This document shows, piece after piece, positions 40,856 through 53,994 of a DNA stretch of 64,000 bases. The position numbers and the translations under genes were made by a program. The notes under the pieces are model-generated. The model saw only the letters and a program-made list of their open reading frames with translations. It had not been told where the DNA came from and did not search any database. Every line of letters begins with the position of its first letter. Positions within the stretch are counted from its first letter, which is position 1. This DNA comes from Eledone cirrhosa (lineage: Eukaryota), in NCBI GenBank assembly GCA_964016885.1, contig OZ024742.1, forward strand, positions 140,926,001 through 140,990,000. Reading direction: 5' to 3'.

Positions 40856-41222
40856 CATATACACATATGCATACAGGTACACATACATATATGCACGCAT
40901 CAGTTTAGCCTACGTTTATTATAACGCCGGCCGCTTTGTTCGTTTGTTTGTCAACAAAGCGAACAGCCTGAATTTATGCCATACGGTGTTAAGGCAACCA
41001 CGTCACCTTTTTGTTCAACACTGACACAGGAACGATGTACTAGTTTCAAGCTTGTTAGCTATCATCAGCACCGTTTACCCATCTGCCAGATAGTTGAACG
41101 TTCGAAAGTATATACTTTCCTTATGAAAATTAACGGCTGAGCAGCCTAATTTACATATAGAGTGAGTTAAATCGGTCAGGCATACCGAAAACGATAAGTT
41201 GAAAAAAAAAAATGAAAACGAA
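40685..41222 (-). mobile_element. Hammerhead-bearing non-coding element bounded by ~30-bp direct repeats
   Basis: ATAAGTTG(A)nTGAAAACGAA at 40685-40714 and 41194-41222. Confidence 0.6.
41031..41075 (-). ncRNA. Minimal type I hammerhead ribozyme
   Basis: Minus strand AACGGTG-CTGATGA-TAGCT-AACA-AGCTT-GAAAC-TA-GTA-CATCGTT; palindromic ACTAGT stem III. Confidence 0.8.
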
Positions 41223-41265
41223 TGTACGTCTGTATACATATATGTATGTACGTATACATACATAC

Positions 41266-41291
<26 letters not shown>

Positions 41292-41301
<10 letters not shown>

Positions 41302-41435
41302 AGATCAAAAGATGGTTAAAAGAGTTCCATCTTTTGATCTTATATATTATTTATACTCCAGTCCTACAAACTGTAGAGTGCTTCTTATCCGATATCTGCA
41401 TTGCTTTATTGTACTACAATAAAACTCACCTCCTA
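41292..41435. repeat. Short fold-back (24-bp perfect arms, 41292-41350) plus unique tail between TA runs
   Basis: ataatatataagatcaaaagatgg / ccatcttttgatcttatatattat. Confidence 0.7.
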
Positions 41436-41760
41436 CATATATATATACATATATATAACAATAATAGCAATAATAGAAGCATTACAAGAATTATTAATAA
41501 GAGTCAATATCTTTTCTCACTCAGTCAATGTCTTTTCCTAATTTATTGAAATGTTGAAGAGTTCTGGAGGCAATTTGAGAATAATTCACTTTTTTTATTA
41601 ATTAAATTACCATAATTAGAAATTATTAATAGAGTCTCGGTATTGCAAAGATTGCAGTTAGGTGAAATGGAATTATTCCGATAAACTTCACAGTTTCTCA
41701 GTTTAGTCCAAAAGATTGAGTATTTTATATTTTTCTCTTTTAAAGACCATATTAATTGTG

Positions 41761-41793
<33 letters not shown>

Positions 41794-42131
41794 CATATAT
41801 CCAAAATTAAATTAAGGGTGTCATGTCAGAGAGACATGCGCCATATCCACTGTAGAATATGCTCCAAGATTTCAATGAATAGATCCGAGCATTTTATATC
41901 AACTAGAAATTGATTGACATATATATATATCTAAAATAAACATATGAAACAATCACGGAATAATTTGTAAAAGTATGTAAGCACACATAGCCAGGTAGGT
42001 AACTAATTAAAGTTTAACTAGAACTTTAAAAATAGATACCTTATAAATTATAAATTGATTAATCTTCCTTGTATATATTTCATATAACTAGTCCAGGAAC
42101 CTTTTGATACCACCTTGTGTGTGTGTGTATG

Positions 42132-42213
<82 letters not shown>

Positions 42214-42809
42214 TAAATGCATACATTTAATCATATAAGTGTAGAAAATACAATGAGAGGGGGGAGGTACAAAAGTAAGAGAAGACAGAGGGAGAGATTG
42301 GAAAAAGTGAATCAAAGAAATAGGAAGTACAATTTAAGAAAATCTAATTAAGTGACTATTATATATATAGAAAGAAAGAAAATATTTTGCCAAAACATTG
42401 TGTAAAATAAGATAGCTTACATTAGATAAAAAGGAAAAGATCATCTTTATTTTTATTCACTATCTATAAAAGCTAGAAGTCTATTTATACCCAATGTCTG
42501 TTTTATGTTAAAATCCTTGTCCAATAGAACAATACGGTATAGAAAATACATATAGCTACATATAGGTACAAATGTCAAGAGGATATTACTTTAGAGATTC
42601 TAAGTTTATTATATTCCACTCAAGAGGCATTATGATGATAGGACCTCTGAGTAATGCACTTAACTTTATAAGCCCTACTTTATATACCCTAAGGGGACAG
42701 ACTTCATTGATTATTTTGTGTAGGTTTCAAGCTTTCACTGCTCAACTATTTAATCACTACCAAATTTTAAATATTACTTTTGCCTTCTATACATTTTGTG
42801 CTATTTTAA

Positions 42810-43015
42810 TTATTCTGTCCACTATAATGCATAGGAAAGATGACAGTTAGGCGAAGAAATGCCAAGCAATCCAAGTAGAGGGAGCTTGCAAAAGAGGAAA
42901 ACTTGTGAAGAAGTGGTGATGACTGAATCTCATGAAGGAGATGACAAAAAAGCCACACTATGTGGTGATGTGTTATATGAGAAAAACCTGTCCAACCTAT
43001 GCAAAGCCAGTAAAA
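42810..43015 (+). mobile_element. Decayed RTE 3' end
   Basis: Resembles the KKC..VEG..RG region and the cctgtccaacctatgc tail. Confidence 0.45.
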
Positions 43016-43664
43016 CAACTGTAAAATAATAATGATAGTACCTTTCTTTATCATAATTCCAATGAAATACAATGACTATAATTTTCAATTAATTTTTTAA
43101 ATAATTGACAGTTTTGAGAGATTTAGTAAAATAACATCTTTTTCATTTTTAAGCCAGTGTTTGAAACACTTAAAATTTCCTTACAAAAAATTATAGAGGA
43201 AGCTTTGAATTTAAATAACAACCACTTTGAAACAAAAAGCTGTGTATTGCAGAATCATGGTGGTTTCAGGTAGTTTGCTATCAGAAGTGTTAAAACTAAG
43301 TGATACATAATATATTGCTCCTTGTTAGCAGGGAAAATGGATGTAAAATGACATCAATGATGATCTCTGAATTTACTGAAATATAAACAGAATGGCAGAA
43401 TCTGATAAAATTAAGACTTTATAATAATTAGGTGGAAAATGTATTGGGGCTGGAAGAAAACTATAACACATACATGATAATATCAAACAAATGGGATATA
43501 ATTTGTTCAACAAGATATGAGGTGAGGTTAGACCTAACCAAGAACTGGTGAATATTTTTGAAATACAATGAAGGCTTTGAAAATTAAAAAGAACCATAGA
43601 TGTGGAATCCTTGAGAAAGATAACTTCCATTTTATAACCATATTGGAAAAGAATCTCTGTGTAT

Positions 43665-44115
43665 TATAATTGTCTCTACTTTAGGCACAAGGCCAGCAAT
43701 TACCCAGTGCATTACTGGTACTTTATTTTATCGACCCTGTAAGGATGAAAGGCAAAGTCAACTGTGTATTATAATGATGACCAAATGGTTAAGAAGTTTG
43801 ACTTGCAATCATAAGGTCCTGGGTTCAGTCCTCCTGTGTGCCAACTTTGGAAAGATAGCACTTACCATAGCCTTGAGTCAAACCAATTTTTTTAATTGAA
43901 ATTGGGTAGATGGAAACTGTTTAGAAGGCTGTCGGATGGACTGTACCTGTAATTCAAATGGCTGGCTGTGTCACAGTGTCATGCTGAATTTCTCTGAGAA
44001 GTATGGTATGGGTACATATGTCTGTAGAATGCTCAGCCACTTCTTCATTAATTTCATGAACAGGCTAATTATGATTGAACAACAGGAACACTCCTAGTCA
44101 AAATTGACGGAAGTC
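43665..44115. mobile_element. Two adjacent old SINE fragments (minus, then plus)
   Basis: tcgaccctgtaaggatgaaaggcaaag motif, then a tRNA-like head with gggttcagtcc. Confidence 0.55.
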
Positions 44116-44593
44116 CATTCAATTAGAATATGTTGAGAAAATAAAAGATCTGACAATATAAGAAGATTCTAAAAGAACTAGTTATATGCTTAAATGAATA
44201 AATTAAGACAGGCATTTCAGTATTGTTAACAAGTATTCTAAATAAAGGGAATGTATATGAGACTATATAATGAAGATATTTATGCTGATAAATTCAAGGA
44301 AAATCATAGTAAAAAAAATCTTAAGATGCAGGAAAATATTTGATTAAAAGCAATAACTTATAATTTGAGATAGTCAGTTCCAAGGGTGTAGTTTATGGAA
44401 CTCTGACAAAGAGAGCGATGAATATCTTGTAAAGAAAATTTCTGTTACAAGATATTCATCAAACAATGAGATAAATAAAGTGCTAAACTCAAGAGAGAGA
44501 TATCTATTAACTACTATTCAGTGGAATATTTTAACGTTGTAATTGTGATGTTCAAACGAGATACAAATAAGAAAATATGGTGAAGTATTTTAA

Positions 44594-45865
44594 CCCTTTC
44601 ATTACCATACTTCTAATTAAAGACACTGCTTATGATTTTCAAATAATTTTGAAAATAATGAAGAGTTTGGAAGGATTTAGTAAAATAACTGACTTTCTCA
44701 TTATTAAACCAGTGTTTGAAATATAACTCAACAAAGATGCTTTTATAAAATTACTAGCAGCAGGACCCAGCATTGCATGGGGTAGGAAACGTGAAATAGC
44801 AACATGCATATGCAAAGATTGAGGAATGTAGCTGTGTATTTTTTGAATTCCCTTATTCTCGGGGAATGATTGAGGAGTGACGTAGTGAATTGTCTGAAAA
44901 CCAAGTAGGGATGTACGTTTAAGTAGGGCTATTGAGATGACAAAATCAGCGTGGCAACGCAGCTGCAGCAGAAGGGAGTCATAGTGCAATTAGCACAAAC
45001 ACTGGGTGGCACTGGTTGCACTGTGTTTACATAGCAACAAAGGTGCGACAAAAGGGCTCACCGCAGAATTAACACAACCGCTGTTCGGCGTACTTGCGCA
45101 GGGCGTTCATACTACGGTGTAGGTGCAACAAAAGGGGTCTTAGTAGAAGTAGTACAGATGTGAATTTTACGGTGTCAATAACACAGCAATGTACACAGGG
45201 CCCGGATTTGTGCGTGATGAAAGCGCGAAGCGTCAATAGGGCGCCAACAAAAATTTTAAGGTCCTCCTCATTTCCTCAATCCCACGAAAATGGTCCTGCT
45301 TAAAAGTAAGTAAGTGTTGTGTCCTCTGTTAAATAAACCAAGTTTTTAACGAAATATTATACGCTACTTACGATGTTTAAGTAGTGTTTATATTGAAAAT
45401 GAAAATGGCATGTAATGCCCAATGCTAATTCGTAAATTTCCTAGAAATCATTAATGGAATCAGAAATTCTTTTTTGTCCACAAAATGCGAGGGGACTAAC
45501 TAATGTGTGCTGCAAATTTCGAGGAAATTGGCTGGATTATCTTTAAGTTACGCCTCAAAAAAGCCTAAAAATGCCTTTAAAATGCGGTTTTAGGCCTAAT
45601 GTGGGTCCTAGGGCAGAAAAAGTTAACATTTTTTTAGCCCATTGCACTTCAAGAAATATAAGTAATGCATGTATAAAGTTTGAAAAGAATCGGTTGGATA
45701 CTTCTCGAGTTTTAGGGATTTACACAGACAGACAGACATCCTGTTTTATATATATATATAGAGATGATGGAAGGTTTTAGATAAAGATAAATATAAATAC
45801 TTAAAAGCAAGAGGTTTTGTATCATAGAACCAAGGGTGGTTTTAGGCAGTTTGGTATCAAAAGGG
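44594..45865. mobile_element. M1 MITE interrupted by a Helitron-like insertion
   Basis: TTAA|CCCTTT ... GGTATCAAAAGGG; M1 sequence on both sides of the insertion. Confidence 0.6.
44754..45764 (-). mobile_element. Non-autonomous Helitron-like element
   Basis: Minus strand starts TC, has (CTGT)n near the 5' end and ends CTAG after a CCCATGCAATGCTGGG hairpin; inserted between A and T with no TSD. Confidence 0.75.
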
Positions 45866-47159
45866 TCATGGTAAATTTGTGAAAGTTAATGTTTTCCAAC
45901 AAAATATCTTTTTAGTTGTTTAAAATGTCTGTGTATGGTGTACCAAAGAAAATAACACAAACATCCTCTATGGAATTAGACTATAAACATAAGAAAATAT
46001 ATGAGAAATCATACAAAATATGATTGTGTTCAACTAGCAAGATATGACAGATGAAACTTTCCAACAAAAATAATCTCAGGTGATGACATCAATGGCTCAC
46101 TAAATAGTGGCTTTTACAAGTACAAACAATGTTTAGAGGATATTTAAACAAGTTGTGTCAAACACTAGTAGGATATGATGAAGCCAACATTGCACAATGT
46201 TTTAAAATGAGTGAAGCACAGACAACATTTTTTGTACACAATTTCAATTGAAGGATACAAAGATCAAGTAACAACAAATTAGCGAGAAGCGTTTTAAGGT
46301 TATTTTCCCTGATAAAGCCTTGCAAACCCCATAACAGACTTCATGTACATTATGGGGCTCTTTTTGAGACAACATTTTACAGCCAAATGACTTTCCTGAT
46401 GCCAACACTTGTAGTCACTTCTTATGACATGCAAGGATATGCTGAACCTATACTAAAAGTAAGATCAAACAAGTTAGAAACATTTATGTTGGTCAGAGCA
46501 ATAGCATTCAACCATAGAAATCATGCAAAAATGGAACATATGAGCAAGAGGTGAAGACTGTAAAAAAAGTTAACTGGGATCATAACATGCCTAAACTCTG
46601 TCAGCAGGGAAAGATAATGATGAGGATGGGGAGGATAATCATCATATTTTGTATGACTAAACACGTTTGTGTCTGTAAATGTATTATTAATGGATAATAA
46701 TTGTAATGATTAATTATTCTGACAGTGATTTTATATTAATTTAAGAATGTGTTTAAAGCAACAATTAATATATTTATAAATGATTAAGAATATAATTAGC
46801 ATTTTAAAGTATATTTTCTATTTAATTAGGTAGGCAGCTACTTTATAGTTAAAATACACAACCAATTAAATTATGCTTAATGCTTCTTATATAATAATTC
46901 AAGCTCAAATAATACAATATTTGTTGTTTATTGAAATTGATTTATTATAGAGAGCGAGTTATAAAATATGGAAAAAAATAAATGAATAAACCTGTAAGAT
47001 TAAATTCGCTGACAGCAAAAGATTCAATCTAAAAAGATGAGTGAAAATATATCAAACATAGCTGCCTACCAATACACTGACCTGCTAAAATTGATTAAAC
47101 AAATTGAAATGTTTCTGTAACAAGAATTTCTGAATCAAGAAATTCAATGCTTAAGTTAA

Positions 47160-47339
47160 CATTTTCATTGCCATATTTTTAATGAAAGACACTGCCTATG
47201 ATTTTAAGATTAATTTTGAAAATAATTAAGAATTTGAAAGGATTTAGTAGTATAATTTTCTCATTGTTTATCTGGTGTTTTGAACATAAAATAAACAATT
47301 TTGTATCATAGAATCAGGGACAGATTAGTATCAAAAGAG
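47160..47339. mobile_element. Degenerate M1 MITE copy
   Basis: TTAA-flanked; gacactgcctatgatttt motif. Confidence 0.55.
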
Positions 47340-48224
47340 TTAACCAATAAAATATAAGAAATTTGGAAATAATAGTCTAAAACTTACAAACAATGAGAAT
47401 TATTCAATAATTGAGCAAATAAATTCAATTATAAGCAGTCAATTGGTTGGGTCATTAGAGTATCCATTGTATTAAATGCCTTGGGATATTTGTTCCAATA
47501 TCCTGTGCTCTGAGTTTAAATTCCGCTGAGGTCAGCTTTGTCTTTCTTCTTTTTAGGGTTGATAAATAAAGTCAAGGGGTGTAAAATAGTGAAGCAATGA
47601 GAATGTTAGCTTGCATTATCTCTTTCAGCCCCTCTCATCCTGAGTTTGCCTGCAATGACAGTTACCAAGCAATACCGACCCTTGCCTTTCCTTTGGTGTG
47701 GACAGACAAGATATGCATGCATGAGCGACTATTGATCTTCCACAAAAAGACAGATTTTTCTGAGCCTTGAAGAAGAACATTCCAGGTATAAATCCATGAT
47801 TTCATGACATATAAAGGCCTCATAAATATAATGACATTATACATTATCTATAAAAGTGGTTATAGGTTATTCAAATTAATCAGTAGATAAATATATACAC
47901 TTTAAATTACTAAAATTAAGAAAATATTTCAATGAAGCAGCAAAATTTTTAAAGAAAGATACAGTTCTAAGTTCCAATTAATCTTGAAGATAATCAGGAA
48001 TTTGAAGGGATTTAGTATAATATTTAACTTTTTGATGAGTTGAAATATTAGGCCAGTGTCTGGTGCATAATTTAATAATAAAATTTCACATAATTTTCAT
48101 AAATTCAAATATGAATGTTTTAAACATGTTTTTATAGTATTGATTCATGAGCAGTTTGAAGTAGGTTGGTATCAAATAGATGAATATATTTGTTGTATGT
48201 ATGTGTATGAACGACTTAGCATAT

Positions 48225-48350
48225 ATAATTGTGTCTACTTTTGGCACAAGACCAGCAATTATCCCAGTGCATTATTGGTGCTTTACTTTATCGACCCCGT
48301 AAGGATGAAAGGCAAAGTCAACTTCGGCGGGATTTGAACTCAGATCGTAA
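48225..48350 (-). mobile_element. SINE fragment (same family as 15215 and 43.7 kb)
   Basis: tcgaccccgtaaggatgaaaggcaaagtcaac...gatttgaactc (B box on the minus strand). Confidence 0.65.
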
Positions 48351-48927
48351 AGGGACGTAACTATGCTGGAAAGCATGGCGTCCGACCCTCTATTTATATA
48401 ACATAATGGCATCCAACCATTGAAAACTTGCTTCAAAACATGGAAAAAGCAGGTGTAAAAATTGTGATGATGATGATGATAATAATGAGGATGATGATAA
48501 AACAATATTCAATTTACTTTATTGACAAATTAATTTGTCAGCTTCTGTCTAAAAATAAATCATGAAGATAAAAATTAATGCTAAAAATTATATTGAAGAA
48601 AATGAAAGGTTCAAGATAGAGATTCAAGTTTTCATTCAATTATAATTCTTTTTTATATTCACATTTATTTTTAAAAAATTAAAACATCAATATTGAACTT
48701 GTGGCTATGTTTTAACTAATCAACTTAAATTAATCTATAAATCAAGAATTAGACAGAAAGAAGTCAACTAAAAAGGAATTAGGTGATTTCAATAAATGAC
48801 AGTCATTATTGATGTTATTTTCTTGCCTTGGTTAATTTTCTAAATCCAACTTTTTACTACAATTGTAAAATTATAAATTGATCCAAGATACTAAAAGTAA
48901 ATTAGAACTATGCTGATAATAATGCAA

Positions 48928-49166
48928 TGCTCTTGGTACCAAATATCTAAGGCAGCCTCTGGTTCTATGACATAAAACTGTTTATCATCATTATGATCAT
49001 CATTTTACATCAAATTTTCTATGAAAAAAACCATTATGTTATGCTCTAAATACCAGATAAATAATGAGAAAGTTATTTGCTAAATCCCTCCAAATTCTTT
49101 ATTATATTCAAAATGATTTGACAATCATAGGCATTGTTTTTCATTAGAAACATGGTAATAAAAGGG
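48928..49166. mobile_element. Degenerate M1 MITE copy
   Basis: Ends AAAAGGG|TTAA; internal motifs shared with other copies. Confidence 0.55.
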
Positions 49167-49714
49167 TTAATTAAAACATTTAAAAATTGGACAAGAATAT
49201 GAATTTATAATACCACAAAAATTTGGCAGTGTATATTATTTGTTTCGGGTCTAATAGTGTCAAATCTTTTTTAAAAAATACATCAATTGAATAGGGTTTC
49301 GATTTAAACAAGTTGTGCTTCTTAAATGCTAGAAAGCACTGAATGTAGAAAATGGAATAATTCCAAATTTGAAAACAAAAATCTATAATAGATTATTTGA
49401 ACTTCCCCAAAAAGCTTGCCTTTAGTGATAGCTGAGATACAAATCTCAAAATAGCAAGATTAAACAAATATTCTGCTCATAGTCACTTCATATTCAGAAA
49501 AATTTAAACTGTTGAAATCCACAATTTACTAAACTCTCTTTTCTTTATAGCATAAAATTGTAAATTAGTTTGACTAAAATGGTTCAATAATCCAAAAGAA
49601 GTCATTAGTTGCCTTTGGTGTATCAATATAGGCCCTATACAAATAACTAGACAAATCCTCACATAACTAATATTATTAGATATATAAATTCTAATAGCAT
49701 ATCATAAGAGATGA

Positions 49715-50315
49715 CCTAGGCGTTTCCCTGAGGCTCAGCCAATGTTGCTGCGGTTCCACCGTGGACTCTTTCGGCCTCCACCCGCTTTCCTGTCGCCACA
49801 GTGCGGGCTGCATTCCACGCCATGCTGCCCTCAATGAGGTCATTAAGCATGGCTTGGACATTGCAGGCTTCCCTTCCCAGCTCAAGCCGGTGGGGCTGGA
49901 TCGAGGGGACGGCAAAAGGCCAGATGGCATGACCATCTTCCCGTTCCGCGGTGGCAAACCCCTCATCTGGGATGCCACTTGCACCGACACTTTCTGCAGC
50001 CGCAACCTGGTGCAGTCTGCGACTGACCCAGGTTCTGCTGCACGTCGGGCTGAGGGGGCCAAACTCCTCAAATACCAGTCGCTCTCTGACAGGTTTGCGG
50101 TCGTTCCCCTGGCAATGGAGACTTCTGGTATCCTCGGCCCCAGTGCTAACTCCTTACTCACCACCATAGGTGCTGAGCTGGCCAGCCGCAGGTGTGAGCC
50201 CCGCGAGTTGGAGTGGCTTTTCCAGCGCGTCTCCCTTGCTGTCCTCCGGGGAAACGTCTTCTCCATTCTGTCCGCCGGGGCTGTGGGTGGGCCCCATCGC
50301 ATACCAATACATTAG
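49715..50315 (+). pseudogene. CRE-clade-like non-LTR retrotransposon C-terminus (zinc knuckle plus restriction-like endonuclease)
   Basis: C.CG..VD..GLH.LSC, RH, KRPDG..IWD, E..K..KY, PLAMETSG and QRVSLAVLRGN motifs; GC-rich island. Confidence 0.85.
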
Positions 50316-50330
50316 TTAAATACCATGCAC

Positions 50331-50361
<31 letters not shown>

Positions 50362-50994
50362 TGTATATAAGATTATACACATTATCAAAATCTAGAAAAA
50401 CAAATAAAATTATGGTAAAAAGAAAGGAATCTGGCTGTAAAAAAACTACTGTAAGAGTCCTGCCAAGCCAATGCCAGAATGGAAAAGTGAACGTCAAAAT
50501 GACGGTGGTGCAGTGGAGAAGGAAGAAGAGAAAGAAGGGCTCTACATTCAGAAAAAGAAAAATAGTTCCACAGCCATAATTTACAAATACCTTTAAAGGA
50601 CAGGTATAAATGACACTACCTACTATCTCCCTCTCACATTTAACACTCCTGATACCAAACTGCCTTATACTACTCCTGGTTTTATTACATAAAATTGTTC
50701 ATTTTAAAGTGTTTATATTTATCCAAAAGCTTTCCACCATAATTTTATGTAAAAACCTTTGTTACATTATACACCAAACACCTCTGAAAGTTAGTTATAC
50801 TATTAAATCTTTCTAAATTCTTAATTATTTTCAAAATCATAGGCATCTTTCATTAGAAATATGGTGAAGAAAGTCTTCATGTCTACAATATAAATAAATC
50901 TTAACTATTTTGGTTCTCAATAATGAATTAATGATTATTAATGAATGATAATTGCAATTACTTAAAAAAAAATAAATAAAATAAAAAATAAAAA

Positions 50995-52262
50995 ATAATA
51001 ATAATAATGCTTTCTTTATTAACCACAAGGGTTTACACAAATTAGACATTAAGGACAGTACAGGACAATACAGGACGGTACAAATGGGCATTTCTGCGTG
51101 TAAAAAAACAAAAAACAGAGAATGTAACAAAAAAGAACAATGAAAAATTCCCCAATAGGGGGGAGACTTCCGAGGGCCATCGTGGAGAAAGCCCATTAAA
51201 AAAAGCCACAGAGACCCTGACCACCAGTTTTCCACCTTCAATTTACAGGCATATACTCAGAGTAGGTCCATTCACTCGGGCCATTCTTGCCTCTCTCACC
51301 CATCTTTCAACAAAATGCTGGGAAGAGAGCACTTCCCTCTCTACCCTGATTTTCCTTTTCAAATGAAATTTGAAAAAGGTAATCAGGGCATCACCGAAGA
51401 GGTAAGTGCTCGTCTTCAGCCCTTTCAGACGCATCCACCTTACTATCTCTTTTGCCATGGCCACCAGACAGATGAAAACTGCTTGCCCTTCCCAGCTAAA
51501 GGAAGAGGGCGGGGCAATCCTCACAATGGACTCAGCTGATAGCCGGATCCGTTCTACACGCGACAGCAGGTGTTCGACATAGACCCACAAGTCAGCAATG
51601 CGCGGACACTGGACGAGTGCATGCAGGACAGTTTCGTCACCCTGCGCGCATCTCGGACAGGCCTGGCTGACGGCACTTCCGTGCCTGGAGAGTTTATCCC
51701 AAACTGGCAAAGCTCCTCGGTAGCACTGCCAGGCCAGGGATTTCTGGAAATTGTCTATAGGCCCCGGCCCAAAAGTTCTTCCAAAGAGATTGGCTAGTTG
51801 ATTTTCATCGATGCCTAGAGTTTCCCCAAGTACGTCGTCGCTCTTCCCCTCCACTAATCCTCTATAGAACGCCAAGGTGGAGTTTCCACCAATCACATTG
51901 CCCAACTGTTCAAGGTCAGTGAGCGCCTGAAGACATTTCAGTCTCCAAGCGCTCCCTCTCAGTCTTCGCTTGACCCAGGACTGCAGCTCCGTCAAGGAGA
52001 TGAGCTGGGGAAAGACGCGTCTAGCAAACGGCGACCACACCTGATCACCGTCGAGGAAGAGGTGGAGATGTCGTAGCCTGAGCGCGTGTCTGCGCATCAT
52101 CAGCCACGGTATGCCCAGCCCTCCACGTAGCGGGTGTTGACAGCAGATGGACCGCCTGACCATTGGGGCACGTCCCTTCCACAAAAAGCAAAGGAGCAAA
52201 CACTCCAGCGCAGTCAGGCAAGGCTTAGGACAAGGCACGACGGTCAGGTGGTAGCCCGAAAA
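50995..52262 (-). mobile_element. L1/Tx1-like LINE 3' fragment (ORF2 end at 51243, 3' UTR, AATAAA and (ATT)n tail)
   Basis: FLWKG..., RGGLGIP and zf-RVT CPRC...ETVLHALVQC motifs. Confidence 0.8.
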
Positions 52263-53994
52263 AGCATACGTGTTTTTGGATGAGAACAATCTTTTCCCCA
52301 TTGAACAAAAAGGGTGCCGACGAGGTTCATATGGTTGCAAAGATCAACTTTTGATTAATCGTATGATCCTTGAGAACTGTCATAATAAACACAGAAATCG
52401 CAGTTCTGCATGGATCGATGATAAAAAAGCCTTTGACAGCATACCACACTCATGGATTCTGAAATCACTGGACATCTTCAAAATCTCACCTGTGATCTCA
52501 AACTTCCTGAAACACAATATGTCATTATGGAACACAAATCTCCAATTGACTCATTCCACTGGGGTACTGTGCTCTAGGAATATAAACATCAACTGTGGTA
52601 TATTCCAGGGTGACTCACTTTCACCCTTGCTTTTCTGCATAGCTTTAATACCCCTTACATCTGAACTTAATAGAATTGACAACAAAAAAATAAGCCACCT
52701 ATTTTATATGGATGATTTAAAGCTATATTGCAAAGATAATGACGAACTGGAAAGCCTTTTGCAGATAGTAAAAACGTTTAGCGATGACATCAGGATAGAG
52801 TTTGGACTTGACAAGTGTGCAAAAGCCACTTTCAAGAAGGAAAAGCTTGTCAACACAGACTCAGTTGAATTGGATGCTGAAATAATCATAAAGGAACTTG
52901 AGCAGGAACAAACCTATAAATACTTATGGATTAATGAGGGCTCTGGCATACAGAATGCAAGTATGAAAGAAAAGATAAGGAAAGAATGTTACAGGAGAGT
53001 ATGTGCAGTTCTGAGATCAGAACTAAACGCTCGTAACAAGGTGTTAGCCATAAATTCCTTGGCAGTCCCAGTTGTCACTTATAGCTTCGGTGTGTTGAAC
53101 TGGAATATGAGTGAAATCAAAAGAATCGACACCAAAGTCCGTAAGCTACTGACCTGTAATAGGATGGACCACCCAAAAGCAGATGTGGATTGTCTTTACC
53201 TTCCTAAAACTCAAGGAGGCCGTGGCCTGATCCAATTTGAACTTGCTTACAAGACCACCATCATTGAACTGGCCAAATACCTTGAAACAACTAACGACTG
53301 TATGCTGAAACTTGTTGAAAAGTATGAGAGAAGTAAGACGCTTCATTCTATCTTGAAAGAGAGCAAAAAATATGCTACTGATCTCATGGTTGATACCCAG
53401 GCTGGACAGACTAAAGAAACTATTGCAACTGATGCTGTTAGGCACATAAAATCACAGGCAAAAACAAAAGGGCAAGGACAATTAGCATCAAATTGGGAGC
53501 AGAAACCTCTGTATGGCAAATATGTGGCCCGTAGAAAACAAGCTGATGTTGACCAAAAACACACCCATCAGTGGCTATGTAGTTCAGGGCTAAAGGCAGA
53601 AAGTGAAGGCTTCATCTTAGCTGCCCAAGATCAAAGCTTATTGACTCTTAATTACCAGGCCAATGTGATGAGAAACGGAATAAACCCAAAGTGCCGATTC
53701 TGCAATGCTGAGGTTGAAACAGTGGATCACTTAGTCTCTGGATGTAAAGTTTTAGCACCAGTAGAATACATATATAGACATGACAGAATTAGCCAATATC
53801 TACACTGGGTAATATGTCGGCATTACAAAATCAAAGCTGAAGACAAGTGGTACAATCGACACCCTGAGGCTGTGACTAAAGGAGAAAAAGTAACAATTCT
53901 CTGGGACTTTCCTATACATACTGACAGGACCATAAAAGCAAATAGACCTGAAATCATTGTAAAAGATCAACATAACAAGGTCTGTTTAATATAG
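52263..53994 (+). pseudogene. R4/Dong-clade-like LINE: RT, CCHC and partial RLE; truncated
   Basis: EQKGC, GIFQGDSLSP, YMDD, GGRGL, CRFC..ETVDHLVSGC, RHD and ANRPE motifs. Confidence 0.85.
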
